Assembly: GCF_036971445.1 (NCBI RefSeq)
Contig: NC_091475.1
Span: 138,570,001 to 138,634,000 of the forward strand
Direction of reading: 5' to 3'
Source: Narcine bancroftii
Lineage: Eukaryota
DNA length: 64,000 nt
Made by a program: the position numbers and the translations under genes. Position 1 is the first letter of the stretch; every line of letters begins with the position of its first letter. This document shows positions 25,756 through 37,762 of this stretch, in pieces. Under the pieces are notes generated by a model that saw nothing but the letters and a program-made list of their open reading frames with translations, did not search any database and was not told the DNA's origin.

Positions 25756-26529
25756 CGGATGTAATCCAATAAGATGGGCAGGCTGTCAGGCTGAGCTGAA
25801 CCCTCAGTTTTTCACTACCTAGACCCATGAATGCCAAATTTGGCCAGGCCTAGGAACAAACTGACAGGAGAGCGTCTGAGTGAACCATCCTCCTCCTCAC
25901 CGGGTGACCAAAGATCAGGAGCATGGGGCAGAAATGCAGCCAGAACTTGAGGAGCAGCCCCTTCAGATATTCAATTAGAGTCTGCAACCTCTCATACTCC
26001 ATATAGAGAATACATGGTACACTGTCTCCACCTGATCACAGAAGTGACAAGCAGTTGGGGAGTCCATAAACCAACATAAGAATCTGCTACACGATAATCC
26101 TCTGTGCAATACTTTCGACTCCGTGTCTCCATTGTGAATGGGTGGCAGGAGAATGGGAAAGTGGAGGAGTGAAGAATGTTAATGGGGTGCATTAGAGAAC
26201 AGATTATAAGCAAATAAATGGGAACAGGATTGATGAGATTGTTCTGAGAGTTGACAATGACTTGAAATGCCTGTTACTATGTCATTATGAAATATGAAAC
26301 AGAAGCACCAGTCCATCACAAATATTAATTGAAATAGTACAATTGCATCTATTGTATAGATTGGCAGTAGCACAACAGAACAAAGGATGTCATTTTTACA
26401 CAGCAAGTCAGTGGTGATCTGATATCACCTCTGTAATGTGTGTAAGTAGTACGTCCTGTGGAAAATATCTTTTTCATTCTGTGTCTGTTCAATGGCTTGT
26501 GGATATTTATTATATTACTCAGATAGTTC

Positions 26530-27460
26530 AACATCCCTCCCTTCTGCAACAGGATCCTGGACTTCCCGACCTGCAGACAAAAATCAGTGAGGATTGTTAA
26601 CAGCACTTCCTCCATAGCAACACTAGTGACCTGCGAGACTGCATACTCAGCCCCCTGCTCTATTCCCTATATACTCATCACGGTGAGGCCAAATACTGCT
26701 GCAGGATTACAATCAAACATTGAGTATAGGAAGGAGATAGAGAGCCTGGTGTCATGGTGTCAAGATAATAACCTCTTTCTCAATAATCTCAGAGGTGTCC
26801 CTAAGGAGTTGAAGTTCAAGTTGAAATATATTGTACCGAGTACCAAGTGATGGTAGTGATAATGTTTGTTTTACAAGCAGTCTAGCTGCACAACACATAC
26901 ATAATACAACGTAAGATATGACACAGAAGTGCTGAGATTAGATGTTAAGGAGCAAAAGCAAAATAATATTGTTGTGAAGTTAATTCAGGCATTTGATAAT
27001 GACTGGCCAGAAACTGACCTTGACTCTAGCGGTGTGTGTTCTCACACTCATGAATCTTCTTCCTGACAGGAGGGAAGAGAAGATAATATGGTTGGGGTGG
27101 AATGAGTCTTTAAATATGTTGGCTGATTTTTTTTTAAGGCAGTGGGAGGTTTAGATGAAGTCAATGGAAAGGAGGAAGCACATATGATGGATTGAATCAT
27201 GTTCACTGTCCTCTGCAGTTTCTTGTGGTCTTTTGCGGAGCAGTTGCCACACCACACTGTGCACCCTGAAGGAGACAGTGGGACCCTTTTTTAGTCATTG
27301 CATCAATTTGGGTGACCCAAGACAAGTCATTGAAGATATTTGCTCCACAAATTAAAGTTGTCTACTATCTCCACCTCATGTGGACTGGGGAGTGAGCTCT
27401 GCCATTCTTCCAGAAGTCTTTAACCAGATTTTTGATCTTGCTGATATTGAGAGTGAGGTG
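26530..27460. mobile_element. Rex1-like fragments: plus strand about 26530-26790, minus strand about 26820-27460
   Basis: EYRKEIESLVSWCQDNNLFLN on plus; WCGNCSAKDHKKLQRTVN on minus. Confidence 0.65.
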
Positions 27461-27469
27461 AATGAACCA

Positions 27470-27715
27470 TAGGGTGGCATGGTTAGTGTAACAGTTAGCG
27501 CAACACTGTTAAAGCACCAGTGATTAGGACTGGGTTTAGAATCCCATGCTGTCTGTAAGGAGTTTTTATGTACTCCCCATGTCTGCTTGTGTTTCTTCTG
27601 GGTGCTCTGGTTTCCTCCCACAGTTCAAAATGTACCATGGGTTGTAGGTCAATTGGGTATAATTGGCTGAAAGGGCCTGTTACCATCCCGTATATCTAAT
27701 TTTAAAATAAAATTA
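27470..27715 (+). mobile_element. HE1-like tRNA-derived V-SINE with CR1-like 3' tail
   Basis: ggtggcatggttag (A-box-like), gggtttagaatccc (B-box-like), ggagttt..ctcccc..ggtttcctcccaca (V domain) and gaaagggcctgttacc (CR1 tail). Confidence 0.8.
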
Positions 27716-27814
27716 TGGAATATATCATATCTGGATTGATAGGTCCAATGAATGCTCAGTCCAAGATTGCAAGAAAGTGCAGATAGCTGTAATTGGAGCT
27801 CAAGCAAACCAACC

Positions 27815-28030
27815 AAGAACCTATCCATCAAGACCTCTCTCTTTCTTGGGAAAGTTTTCAGTAAATTTAAGGACCCATCCATTCCTGGTCTCCTCCCTTC
27901 CCTGCCCACTTCTGTTGGGCAGAATATACATGAGCTTGAAAATGCGAATCTCTAGCTTCAATGACAGCTTGTTTTCTGCTGTCATCAGATCCTTAAATGC
28001 ACCTCTCATTGGTAAAAGATGATATCCTTG
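27815..28030 (+). mobile_element. Rex1-like 3' fragment
   Basis: KDPSIPGLLPSLP followed by SSFNDSLFSAVIRSLN, the C-terminus shared with the other Rex1 copies. Confidence 0.55.
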
Positions 28031-29140
28031 CACTGTTTAATGGTACTTTTCTCTGTGCCCTCCATTTTGTCTTAGTAACTCTATACCCAGCACTTTTGTT
28101 TTAAATTTCCATTACCTGCTGTATTTAAATTTGAGTTGATTTGCTTGGATAGACCATAAGACCATAAGATAGAGGAGCAGAAGTGGGCCATTTGGTCCAT
28201 TGAGTTAGTTCTACCATTCCATCATAAGCTGATCCATTCTCCCACTCAACCCCACTCCCCTGCATTGTCTCCATATTCTTTGATTGCCTGTGTGCAGATA
28301 CACAACACAGTACATAAAAGTGCAAATTCACTATAACTATCTGCACATGGCAAAAAGAACAATTAATTTCAAAAAACAATTCTGTTCCATTTTGTATTAT
28401 GAGTTATGCTACAGCTACATCTGCTTAAAAACTAATTATACTATCTCACGTATGATTCTATTTTGAATAAAAGTACAATATTTTAATGGAAAATGCATTT
28501 ACCTTTGTGAAACTGAACATGCAGAAGTGAAATCAACTAACGACCAATGTTCCTGCGCTGTTTCATTCTTTCCTTCAATTAAATCACGATTATCATGTTT
28601 CCAAATCAGCATTTGTCAAGTGAGATCACAGGTGGAGCAAATTTCATGGGGTGGATGAATCACAGCTACAGGTGTGTAAAAAGAAATGACTACCTGTATT
28701 TCCTGCATTTGTGAACTTTCATGATGTAGGACAGTGCAGTGCAGTATCAAGCTCTTTGGCCTGCACTGGCTGTGATGCATTTTAGACTAATCTTATCTGT
28801 TTGCACATTGGGGTTTGTATCCTTCTATTGTCTGTCTAAGCACTCTTTGAAAATTACTTTAGTATCTATTTCTACCACCCCTCCGGCTACCACTATCCTG
28901 TGCAAAATACCTGCCTTTCAATTTTCTCCTCTCATATTAAATTAATTCTTTTTGGTATTTAACTTTTCTCTTTGGGAAAGGGACTCTTGCAATCCACATA
29001 TGCCTCTCAGAATTTTATATATGCTATAAGATCCTGTCTCTCATGTTATTTACCATAAGCACACATAGGAATACTTACTTTTCTAGGACTGAATAGATGC
29101 TATATGAATGCAAGTTGTTGCTCCTCTGATCTGGAGGGAT

Positions 29141-29421
29141 TGTGATGCAGTGCAGTGCGAACAAACATGCGCAAACAAAAGGCTGTGCTACAGGCTTTAA
29201 TTAGCTTAAAACTTGCAGACATTTCTGGCTCCATGTGTTCTGCTTCTGCCCAAGGGCCGGCATGAGCCTTTATATGGGGCCAGTGATTGGCAGGGAGTAG
29301 GTGGAGCCAGTCTCACAGGTTACCTCCCTGCAGGTACAGCGGGTTTCCTCCTGCAGTAGACAGTGCAGGAGTGCGGACAGGCACAGGCAGCGACATACAG
29401 TCCAGAGGTTGTACCACCACA
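29141..29421 (-). repeat. 3' LTR of the Gypsy element
   Basis: Diverged direct repeat of 32349-32637. TATA-like catataaa and aattaaa on minus. Confidence 0.92.
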
Positions 29422-29599
29422 ATCACCTCCTTCATAAAATGTGTCCCAAGGTGGGGGGGAGTGGGGGGGAATAAAAAGTGCCCAGCACCATCTTCATGCT
29501 GAGTATCCACTAGATACTGAGTAGTTTGGGGAGGGAAAAGAAACATATTTACAAGTTTACAAACTCAGGTGATCTGGTGGTCACCATTGCCTCTGGGAC

Positions 29600-32321
29600 A
29601 ATCACAAGATAGGCTTCTGGTCAATGGTCAGTGGAGACAGGGCCGCCTGAAAGTTGGCTGGGTCAGGGGTGGTCAGAGTGGCCAGTTGTGTGGCCGGGGT
29701 GCTGCTTGGCAGTGAGGGAGTGGAGGTCAGGATTGGGTCCGTTGGCAGTGGGGTCCAGTGGTTCAGGGTGGATGGGAGGAGGATGCCAGCTCCAAGAGGG
29801 TTTTGGAGGTGCCTGGGTGCCTGGGATGGGGGTGCTGGGCTCCTGCTGGTGCTAGGTCCTGTCGAGACAGTATCCACGGCATACATCGTGGTGTTGGCAA
29901 TATCCTTTCCGATATAGGCAAAAGCCACGTGCCTCAGCGGGGAGGGGAAAAGTGGTGGCATGGGCCAGTGGGTGGACCTTGTCTGAGAACCACAGGACCC
30001 ACTGAAAATAGTAAGGAAACAGCCCTAGGCATCTGTGCGGGGCCTTACATCTGTGCAGGGAAGTGGAAGTTCCATCAGGGTCAGGACCGATGAAACCAAG
30101 TTCCATAATACTCCTAAGGATGGCAAGGCAGGAGGTGCTGAACATACACTTCTCCCTATTGTAAGTGAGATTTAATGCCTTTGCCATCCGAAGGAACGTC
30201 TCCAGGTTAGCATCGTGGTCCTGATGGTTATGGCCACAGATAGTGACATTGTCCAGATATGGGAAGGTCGCTCTTAATTTATGTCAGTGTATGATATGGT
30301 CAATCTCTTTCTGGAACTGGGAGACTCCATTTGTGACCCCAAAATGGACCAGGCGGAACTGGTAAAGGCACTCGTCAGCCTTGAAGGCAGTATAGGGATA
30401 ATCCCAGGCCTGGATGGAGAGCTGATGAGAGTCCAACTTTAGGTCAGTGGTGGAGAAAAACCTGTCCTGGGCTATCTCATTGACCATGTCGGCAATATGG
30501 GGTAGTGGTTGGGTGTCCAGCTGTGTGTACGAGTTGATGGTCTGCCTGTAGTCGATGACCATCCTCAGTTTACTGCCCCCTTTGACTACCGGGACTTGGT
30601 GCTAGTGCTGGGCTCTATTACCCCTTCTACCAGAAGCTGTTGCCATGTCGGCTGAACAGTAGTGCCTGTTTTTGGCTGCAGTGGGTTTACCATCTGGCAT
30701 CAGGTAGCTAAAGAAGGAGGGAGGGGGTACCCGTAGGGTGGACAGTCTGCAGGTGAGGCAGTGGCAGTCACTCGGTTTGGCACTGTGGATGTGGAAGGTG
30801 AGAGGAGGGAGTGGGCCACAGAAGATAATGACACTACAGAGATGGCACTGGAAATCTCATCCCAGGATAACTGGATCGCAGAGCTTTGGCATGATCAGGA
30901 GTCTGAACCCCTTGTAGATTCTCCCCTCCCACAGGCAAATTTAAAGAACAGCACCCCAGCACCGTGATGGAGTGGTCATGGGATGCAAAGGCAATCGAAA
31001 AGTTCGCTGGGTGTACTTTGAGTGCCAGTGTATGGACCACATGTAGGAACACAAAGCTCTCAGTACAACCGCTATTGAACAGGCATTTTATTACCTTCCT
31101 GTTGACAGTGATATCCATCATTGAGCACCAGAATATGTGGGGGATGTTGTCCAACAGCATGGTGGACGCTCGGACGGACTCGGGGTCCAAATTGCTGCTC
31201 CAAGCTGGCGGCAGTGAGTAGCAGATTGTAGGTGCTGTCCTGATTAGCCAGGATGGTGGAGGAATCATCATATGTGTAGCTTGGGTCTGGTATGTTCCAT
31301 GTATGATGTGAGGTGTGATGAGTGCACAGTCGGGGGATGGCTGTACGCGCACATGTTAACTGCATTGTCGTATCAGTGGGGAGGAAATGATGTGTTCTGC
31401 GTGGGAAGAAGTTGGCTGGTCCAAGATGGCGGTGCCCATGGGGAGTACATGGTGGCAGCGTGGTTTGATGGCCGAGCTGGAAGTGATGTCACTGGTGGGG
31501 GAAAAAGTGATGGGCAGAGCAATGGCTCTGTGGATGTGCCTGGAGGGTGAGGGGGGATTCTGATTGGTTGCGGAGGGCTAAAGCACACCTGATGGGTTTG
31601 GAGAGGCACACTTAAGCAAAGTGGCCTTTCTTACCATATTGGGAGGAATGTGAGTTCCTCACGGGGCAGTTCTTCTGGGAACATCTGTCGGGCCCACACC
31701 GTGTCCCTCAGTACTTACAGAAGTGGCATGCTGATCGCTTCTCCACAGAAGGGGTCCTCATCAGCAGTCTTCTGTGTCGGTCAAGCCGAAGAGGGCGGCA
31801 GACGAACATCAAATCCTTCGATGTGGTAGACTGCCGCTTCCAGGGAGTGGATTACATTGATGACCCTTGAGAAGGAGGCATTGCATTCTTCCAGCAGTCT
31901 CTGTCAGGTCACCCTCAATCGCAGGCCTCACACACATGAATCCCAGATGAGTCATTCCACTTCCACAGCGGTCACCCTGGTCTCAGCCATGCATGGGTGC
32001 GCCAGCTCATGCAGTGCTCCAACTGTCTACTGTACTGTCTATTGTCTCACCTAGATGTTGTAGCCTGGTGCTAAGCAGGTACAAGGAGTAAAGTATGTTT
32101 GCTGAAGGGTGGTAGATGCTTTCCAGGATAGCCATCACCTGGAACCTGAATGGGCTAAGTTGCAAGCACAGAACAATGAGTTTCTTTTTGTCTGAGTTGA
32201 TGACCTCAGCCTGAGTGCGGATGATGGTCCTGATCGCATGCTTCCAGATCTCGAAGTGGGCTGGAGCTTCTGGGCATTGGGGGTTGATATTCAGCTTTTA
32301 TATGCTGAGAAATCTCTCCAT
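29600..32321 (-). pseudogene. Gypsy gag-pol remnant (Gag, PR, RT, fused to the integrase C-terminal tip)
   Basis: ORFs 30834..31352, 30284..30562, 29852..30187 and 29602..29961 carry PR/RT motifs, interrupted by stops and frameshifts. Confidence 0.85.
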
Positions 32322-32348
32322 GATTCTTTAAAATTAAGCTAATTAAAT

Positions 32349-32637
32349 TGTGGTGTGCGAACAGAACAAGCACAAACAACGAAAAACTGTACTACAGGCT
32401 TTAATTCGCTTCAACTTGCACACAAGATTCTGTATCCTTTCTGCTTCTCTGTGCTCTGGTCTTGCCCAAAGGCTGGCTTGAACCTTTATATGGAGCCAGT
32501 GATTGGCAAGGAGTATATGGAACCAGTCTCCCAGGTTACCTCCCTGCAGAGACAATGGGTCGCTCCCTGCAGTAGGCAGTGCAGGAGTGTGGACAGGCGC
32601 AGGCAGTCACAGACAGTCCACTGGTTGTATCACCACA
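32349..32637 (-). repeat. 5' LTR of the Gypsy element
   Basis: Direct repeat of 29141-29421, immediately upstream of gag on minus. Confidence 0.92.
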
Positions 32638-33319
32638 GGGATGCCAAGGTTATTTAAATTGGAAGATTCTCAATATAATATTCTGCGGCAAAATGCCCAC
32701 TGATGTGATTACTGCACATTATAAATTCAGCAAAGGTGATACATATTTCAGAACCCAAGTAGTTAAGAGCATGGAGTTATTTGAAGTTGCTATTAGCTAT
32801 CTCATTAGATATGAAGCCATGCTGCTTTCCCAAACCTATTCCAGGATTTTAATGTTTTGCAGATGTCAAGGACTTGCATTTATCTTGAGTTAACCAATTC
32901 ATCAAAGCCTTCATCTTTCAATGAGCAGTTTTTGAGTTTGATCGTTTGAAGAAAAAGAATTATCTCCAGTTGCAGTCAGTTTCAAGATGTTCTTTGTGAA
33001 ATCACTCGTATATAAAAGAAAAGCTGAACACTGAGCTTTTAAGCCCGTTGATTGAAGCAGCCAACTCTTGCTTCATTATCACAATATCAGTGACAACTGT
33101 TGGAAGAAGTGTTTCTTTTCATGACTCAAAAGTGTAAAAAATGACAATGATTCTGGGAAATTTTATGCATAATTAAAACAAAATGGTACCAAATGTAGAA
33201 AAGAGAACATCACCATTATTGTAAGTTCAACATAAGTAAGCAAAGGTGAATTTCTACCGCAGCCTGAAGATCAAAATTTAGAAGGAACTATGTCAGTGAA
33301 AGACTTGCAACAAAAGGCT

Positions 33320-33500
33320 TGGGCAGCATTGTTAGCATAGCACTTAGGACAACGATATTACAGCAACACTGATCCAGTTCAAATCTATCTGTCTGAAAGG
33401 AGTTTGTTCCTTCTCCCCATGATCACATGGGTTTCCTCTGGGTTAGTAGTGCGGGCCTGAGGGCTAGAAGGGTCTGTTACCAAGTTGTATTCCCAAATTA
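33320..33500 (+). mobile_element. HE1-like SINE, internally shortened
   Basis: ggagtttgttccttctccccatg..gggtttcctctggg and the tail agaagggtctgttacc. Confidence 0.65.
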
Positions 33501-35277
33501 TGAATTATAAAAAAAGAGTAGATTACCATATAACTATATAACCATATACAGCACAGAACAGGCCAGTTTGGCCCTACTAGTCCATGCCAGAACAAATCCC
33601 CACCCTCCTAGTCTCACTGACCAGCACCTGGTCCATACCCCTCCAATCCTCTCCCCTCCATGTAATTATCCATTCTTTCCTTAAATATAAATAACGTCCT
33701 TGCTTCAACCACCTCTGCCGGAAGCTTATTCCACATCCTAACCACCCTTTACGTGAAGAAATTTCCCCTCATGTTCCCCTTATAATTTTCCCCCTGCAAT
33801 CTCAAACCATCGCCTCTGGTTTGAATACCCACCACTCTTAATTGAAAAAGCCTTTCCATGTTGACTCTCTCTGTCCCTTTTTAAATCTTGAACACCTCCA
33901 TCAAATCCCCCCTCAATCTTCTACGCTCCAGAGAAAAAAGCCCCAGGCTGCTCAACCTTTCTCTGTAACTCAAACCCTGACATCCTGTCAACATTCGCGT
34001 GAACCTTCTCTGCACTCTCTCTATTTTGTTTATATCCTTCCTATAATTCGGTGACCAAAACTGCACACAGTATTCCAAACTTGGCCTCACCAATGCTTTG
34101 TACAATTTCATCATAACATCTCAACTCTTGAATTCAATACTCCAATTTATGAAGGCCAACATTCCAAATGCCTTCTTCACCACTCTATCTACCTGAGTAT
34201 CAACTTTGAAGGTACTATTTACCATCACTCCTAAATCCCTTTGTTGCTCTGCACTCCTCAATTGTCTACCATTCAATGTATATGACCAATTTAGATTTGC
34301 CTTTCCAAAATGCAACACTTCACACTTATCTGTATTAAATTCCATCAGCCATTCCTCAGCCCACTCCTCTAGCTTTCCTATATCTCTTTTTAAGCTATGG
34401 TAATCTTCCTCACTGTCCACAATACCACAAATCTTTGTAACATCTGCAAACTTACTTATCCAATTCAGATCATTAATATATATTACAAACAATAATGGAC
34501 CCAGGACTGATCCCTGAGGAACTCCACTAGTCACTGGCCTCCAATTTGACAAACAATTTTCTACCAGTACTCTCTGACACCTCCCATCTAACCAGTGCTG
34601 AATCCATTTCACTACCTCCTTATTTATACCTAATGCCGCCACCTTTTTTCCTAACCTCCTGTGGGGAACTTTGTCAAAAGCTTTACTAAAGTCTAAATAG
34701 ACAACATCCACAGCCTTCCCTTCATCAATCTTTTTGTAACCCCCTCGAAAAACTCTATAAGGTTTGTTAAGCATAACCCACCCCTGACAAAACCATGCTG
34801 ACTACTACCTATCAATCCCTGTTCTTCCAAATATTTGTAAATGCCATCCCTCAGAACACTTTCCATCAACTTATCCACCACAGACATCAGACTCACAGGT
34901 TTATAATTTCCAGGCTTACATTTGGACCCTTTCTTAAACAGCAGGATAACATGAGCCACCCTCCAATCCTCTGGCACTACCCCCGTGACCAGTGACATCC
35001 TAAATATCTCTGTTAATGGCCCCACTATCTGTACACTAGTCTCCCTGAGTGTCCTTGGGAATACATTGTCCGGACCCAAAGATTTGTCCACCTTTATCTT
35101 TTTTAACACTGCCATCACTACCTCCTCGCTTATCCTTATATGATTCCTGACCTTCCCACTATTTTTCTTTACTTCAATTGGTACAATATTTTTTTCCCTA
35201 GTGAATACCAAGGAAAAGAAATCATTTAAAATTTCCCCCATCTCCTCTGACTTTTCACATAGCCTACCCTCCCTATC

Positions 35278-36338
35278 AGAGAGCTCATTGCTGTATCTGA
35301 CCCGACCTTGTTGGTTTTCGTGCAGTTGGATAATCATGTTGAGGAACTTTGGGGGACATCCGATGTTGCCCATTCAGAGCCAGCTCTTCAGCGCTTGACA
35401 TCCTGCTTTGCGGTAACTGCCAAAATGTTTGGCCTGGAAGTCAGCCTGAAGAAAACTGAGGTCCTCCATCAGCCAGCTCCCCACCATGACTACCAGCCCC
35501 CCCACATCTCCATCGGGCACACAAAACTCAAAACGGTCAACCAGTTTACCTATCTCGGCTGCACCATTTCATCAGATGCAAGGATCGACAATGAGATAGA
35601 CAACAGACTCGCCAAGGCAAATAGCGCCTTTGGAAGACTACACAAAAGAGTCTGGAAAAACAACCAACTGAAAAACCTCACAAAGATAAGCGTATACAGA
35701 GCTGTTGTCATACCCACACTCCTGTTCGGCTCCGAATCATGGGTCCTCTACCGGCACCACCTACGGCTCCTAGAACGCTTCCACCAGCGTTGTCTCCGCT
35801 CCATCCTCAACATCCATTGGAGCGCTCACACCCCTAACGTCGAGGTACTCGAGATGGCAGAGGTCGACAGCATCGAGTCCACGCTGCTGAAGATCCAGCT
35901 GTGCTGGATGGGTCACGTCTCCAGAATGGAGGACCATCGCCTTCCCAAGATCGTATTATATGGCGAGCTCTCCACTGGCCACCGTGACAGAGGTGCACCA
36001 AAGAAAAGGTACAAGGACTGCCTAAAGAAATCTCTTGGTGCCTGCCACATTGACCACCGCCAGTGGGCTGATAACGCCTCAAACCGTGCATCTTGGCGCC
36101 TCACAGTTTGGCGGGCAGCAGCCTCCTTCGAAGAAGACCGCAGAGCCCACCTCACTGACAAAAGGCAAAGGAGGAAAAACCCAACACCCAACCCCAACCA
36201 ACCAATTTTCCCTTGCAACCGCTGCAATCGTGTCTGCCTGTCCCGCATCGGACTGGTCAGCCACAAACGAGCCTGCAGCTGACGTGGACTTTTTTACCCC
36301 CTCCATAAATCTTCGTCCGCGAAGCCAAGCCAAAGAAG
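35278..36338 (+). mobile_element. Young RTE-clade LINE with an inverted 5' segment
   Basis: Perfect 12-bp TSD accctccctatc (35266-35277 / 36339-36350). 35278-35365 is antisense RTE; 35366-36338 is sense RTE ending aagaag. Confidence 0.96.
35366..36282 (+). CDS. RTE ORF C-terminal part (RT domains 5-7, thumb, CxxC..H..C knuckle); open but 5'-truncated
   Basis: About 305 uninterrupted codons, AHSEPALQRL...FTYLGC...FPCNRCNRVCLSRIGLVSHKRACS*. It has no authentic start. Confidence 0.8.
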
Positions 36339-37613
36339 ACCCTCCCTATCTACAAGGGGTCCAATGCTATCCCTCACTAATCTTTTACTTTTAATGTACC
36401 TATAGAAACCCTTTGGATTTATTCTTACTCTGCCTGCCAAAGCCTCTTCGTGCCTCTTTTTGGCCTTTCTAATTTTTTTCTTAAGATTTTTTCTACACTC
36501 CTTGTAGTCCTCTTTCAATTTCTCAACACCCTGCTGTTTATACCTCTTGAACACCTCCCTCTTTCTCCTAACCAAATTTCTAATATTCCTCGAAAACCAA
36601 GGCTCCCTATGACTTCCAGCCTTTCCTTTGATCCTCACTGGGACATATCTACTCTGTACTTTCAAAATTTCTTCTTTGAATATTCTCCATTTTTCATTTA
36701 CATCCTTTCCTGAAAAAATCATGTCCCTCTCAACACTCCCCAAAACCATTCTCATTCCTTCAAAATTTGCTTTTCTCCAATCCAGAACCTCAACTTTAGG
36801 CCCTTCTTTGCTCTTCCCTAAAACTACCCTAAAACTAATCGAGTTGTGATCACTAGACCCAATTTGTTCTCCAACATTAACCTCAGACATTTGACAAATC
36901 TCGTTCCCTAACAGGAGATCCAGTATTACACTGTCCCAAGTCGGTTTCTCTATGTATTGATTAAGAAAATTATCTTGCACACATTTTACAAACTCTAGTC
37001 CATCCAGCCCTCTCATTTGACCTTGTTTAGTTGACAGTGTGAAAGAGATTGGCAATGCACTCCATCTTAACTTATTTGAATTACAGAAAGTGCTATTAAT
37101 TTTGTCGCAACTTGTGACATTGTACAGCAGGAGCTAAAAGGACAACCAAATATGGAGAAACAGAAAGTGGAGAAGATGCCTATCTGGAAGGGCCATAAAA
37201 GGTTGTTCAAGAAATCACCAGGAAAATTAAAACAACAGCAGTAACCTAATTATGGAGCTATTAAATCAAAACAATATACATATCCTTTAAATTTATCATT
37301 CATGACTTTTTTCTAACCCTAACCCTTATATAATTTATTACATAAATGCAAACATAATTATTTCTTATCGTCATAGATGGTTCCTCTGAACATTGTTCTG
37401 TGCTTCCTATCTCGTTATTCCATGTAGAACTTTTTTTAACTGGGATTGAGGGGGGAGAGAGTGGGGAGATCTTTATCTGTGTAGATATCTTCAGATTTTT
37501 TGACCTTGTTCCTTTGATATTAGCTTCATGAGAAGGGACATCTGTGTGTTTTGAAGCCTTGAAAATCTGACTCAACTGACTATCATAGTTGCTCCATTTC
37601 CTTTGTTTTTACT

Positions 37614-37762
37614 TCTGTGTTTGGTCATAATGTCTGTGTTTGGTCATAATGTCTGTGTTTGGTCATAATGTCTGTGTTTGGTCATAATGTCTGTGTTTGG
37701 TCATAATGTCTGTGTTTGGTCATAATGTCTGTGTTTGGTCATAATGTCTGTGTTTGGTCATA
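37614..37762. repeat. Perfect 19-bp minisatellite (tctgtgtttggtcataatg), 7 full copies plus 16 nt
   Basis: Units start at 37614, 37633, 37652, 37671, 37690, 37709, 37728 and 37747, with no mismatches and no spacers. Confidence 0.98.

Larger units (their letters stand above)
29141..32637 (-). mobile_element. Two-LTR Gypsy retrotransposon (3.5 kb), internally deleted and decayed
   Basis: LTRs at 29141-29421 and 32349-32637 (tgtg..caccaca). Perfect 5-bp TSD gggat (29136-29140 / 32638-32642). Purine-rich PPT tgaaggaggtgat on minus next to the 3' LTR. gag ATG at 32321, protease CLFNSGCTESF, RT MVIDYRQTIN..FGVTNG and YLDNVT. Confidence 0.95.
33525..37013 (-). mobile_element. CR1 LINE, 5'-truncated, interrupted by an RTE insertion at 35278-36338
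   Basis: Minus ORFs give GSSDHNSI, PGNYKPVSL, DFSKAFDKVPH, GVPQGSVLGPLLF and LVRPSLEYCVQFWSP. Tail of (tatggtta)-like repeats at about 33525-33548. Same family as 4531-6811. Confidence 0.95.

Noticed and set aside
29141-32637. Endogenous retrovirus
   Set aside because: No env, and the PR/RT motifs are Gypsy-type.
34693-35373. 226-aa ORF as a novel RTE-CR1 fusion protein
   Set aside because: It is a chance in-frame read-through from the inverted RTE piece into the host CR1, with no real start, and the CR1 is frameshifted downstream.
37614-37762. CRISPR-like array
   Set aside because: The repeats are head-to-tail with no spacers, there are no cas genes, and the context is eukaryotic. It is a minisatellite.
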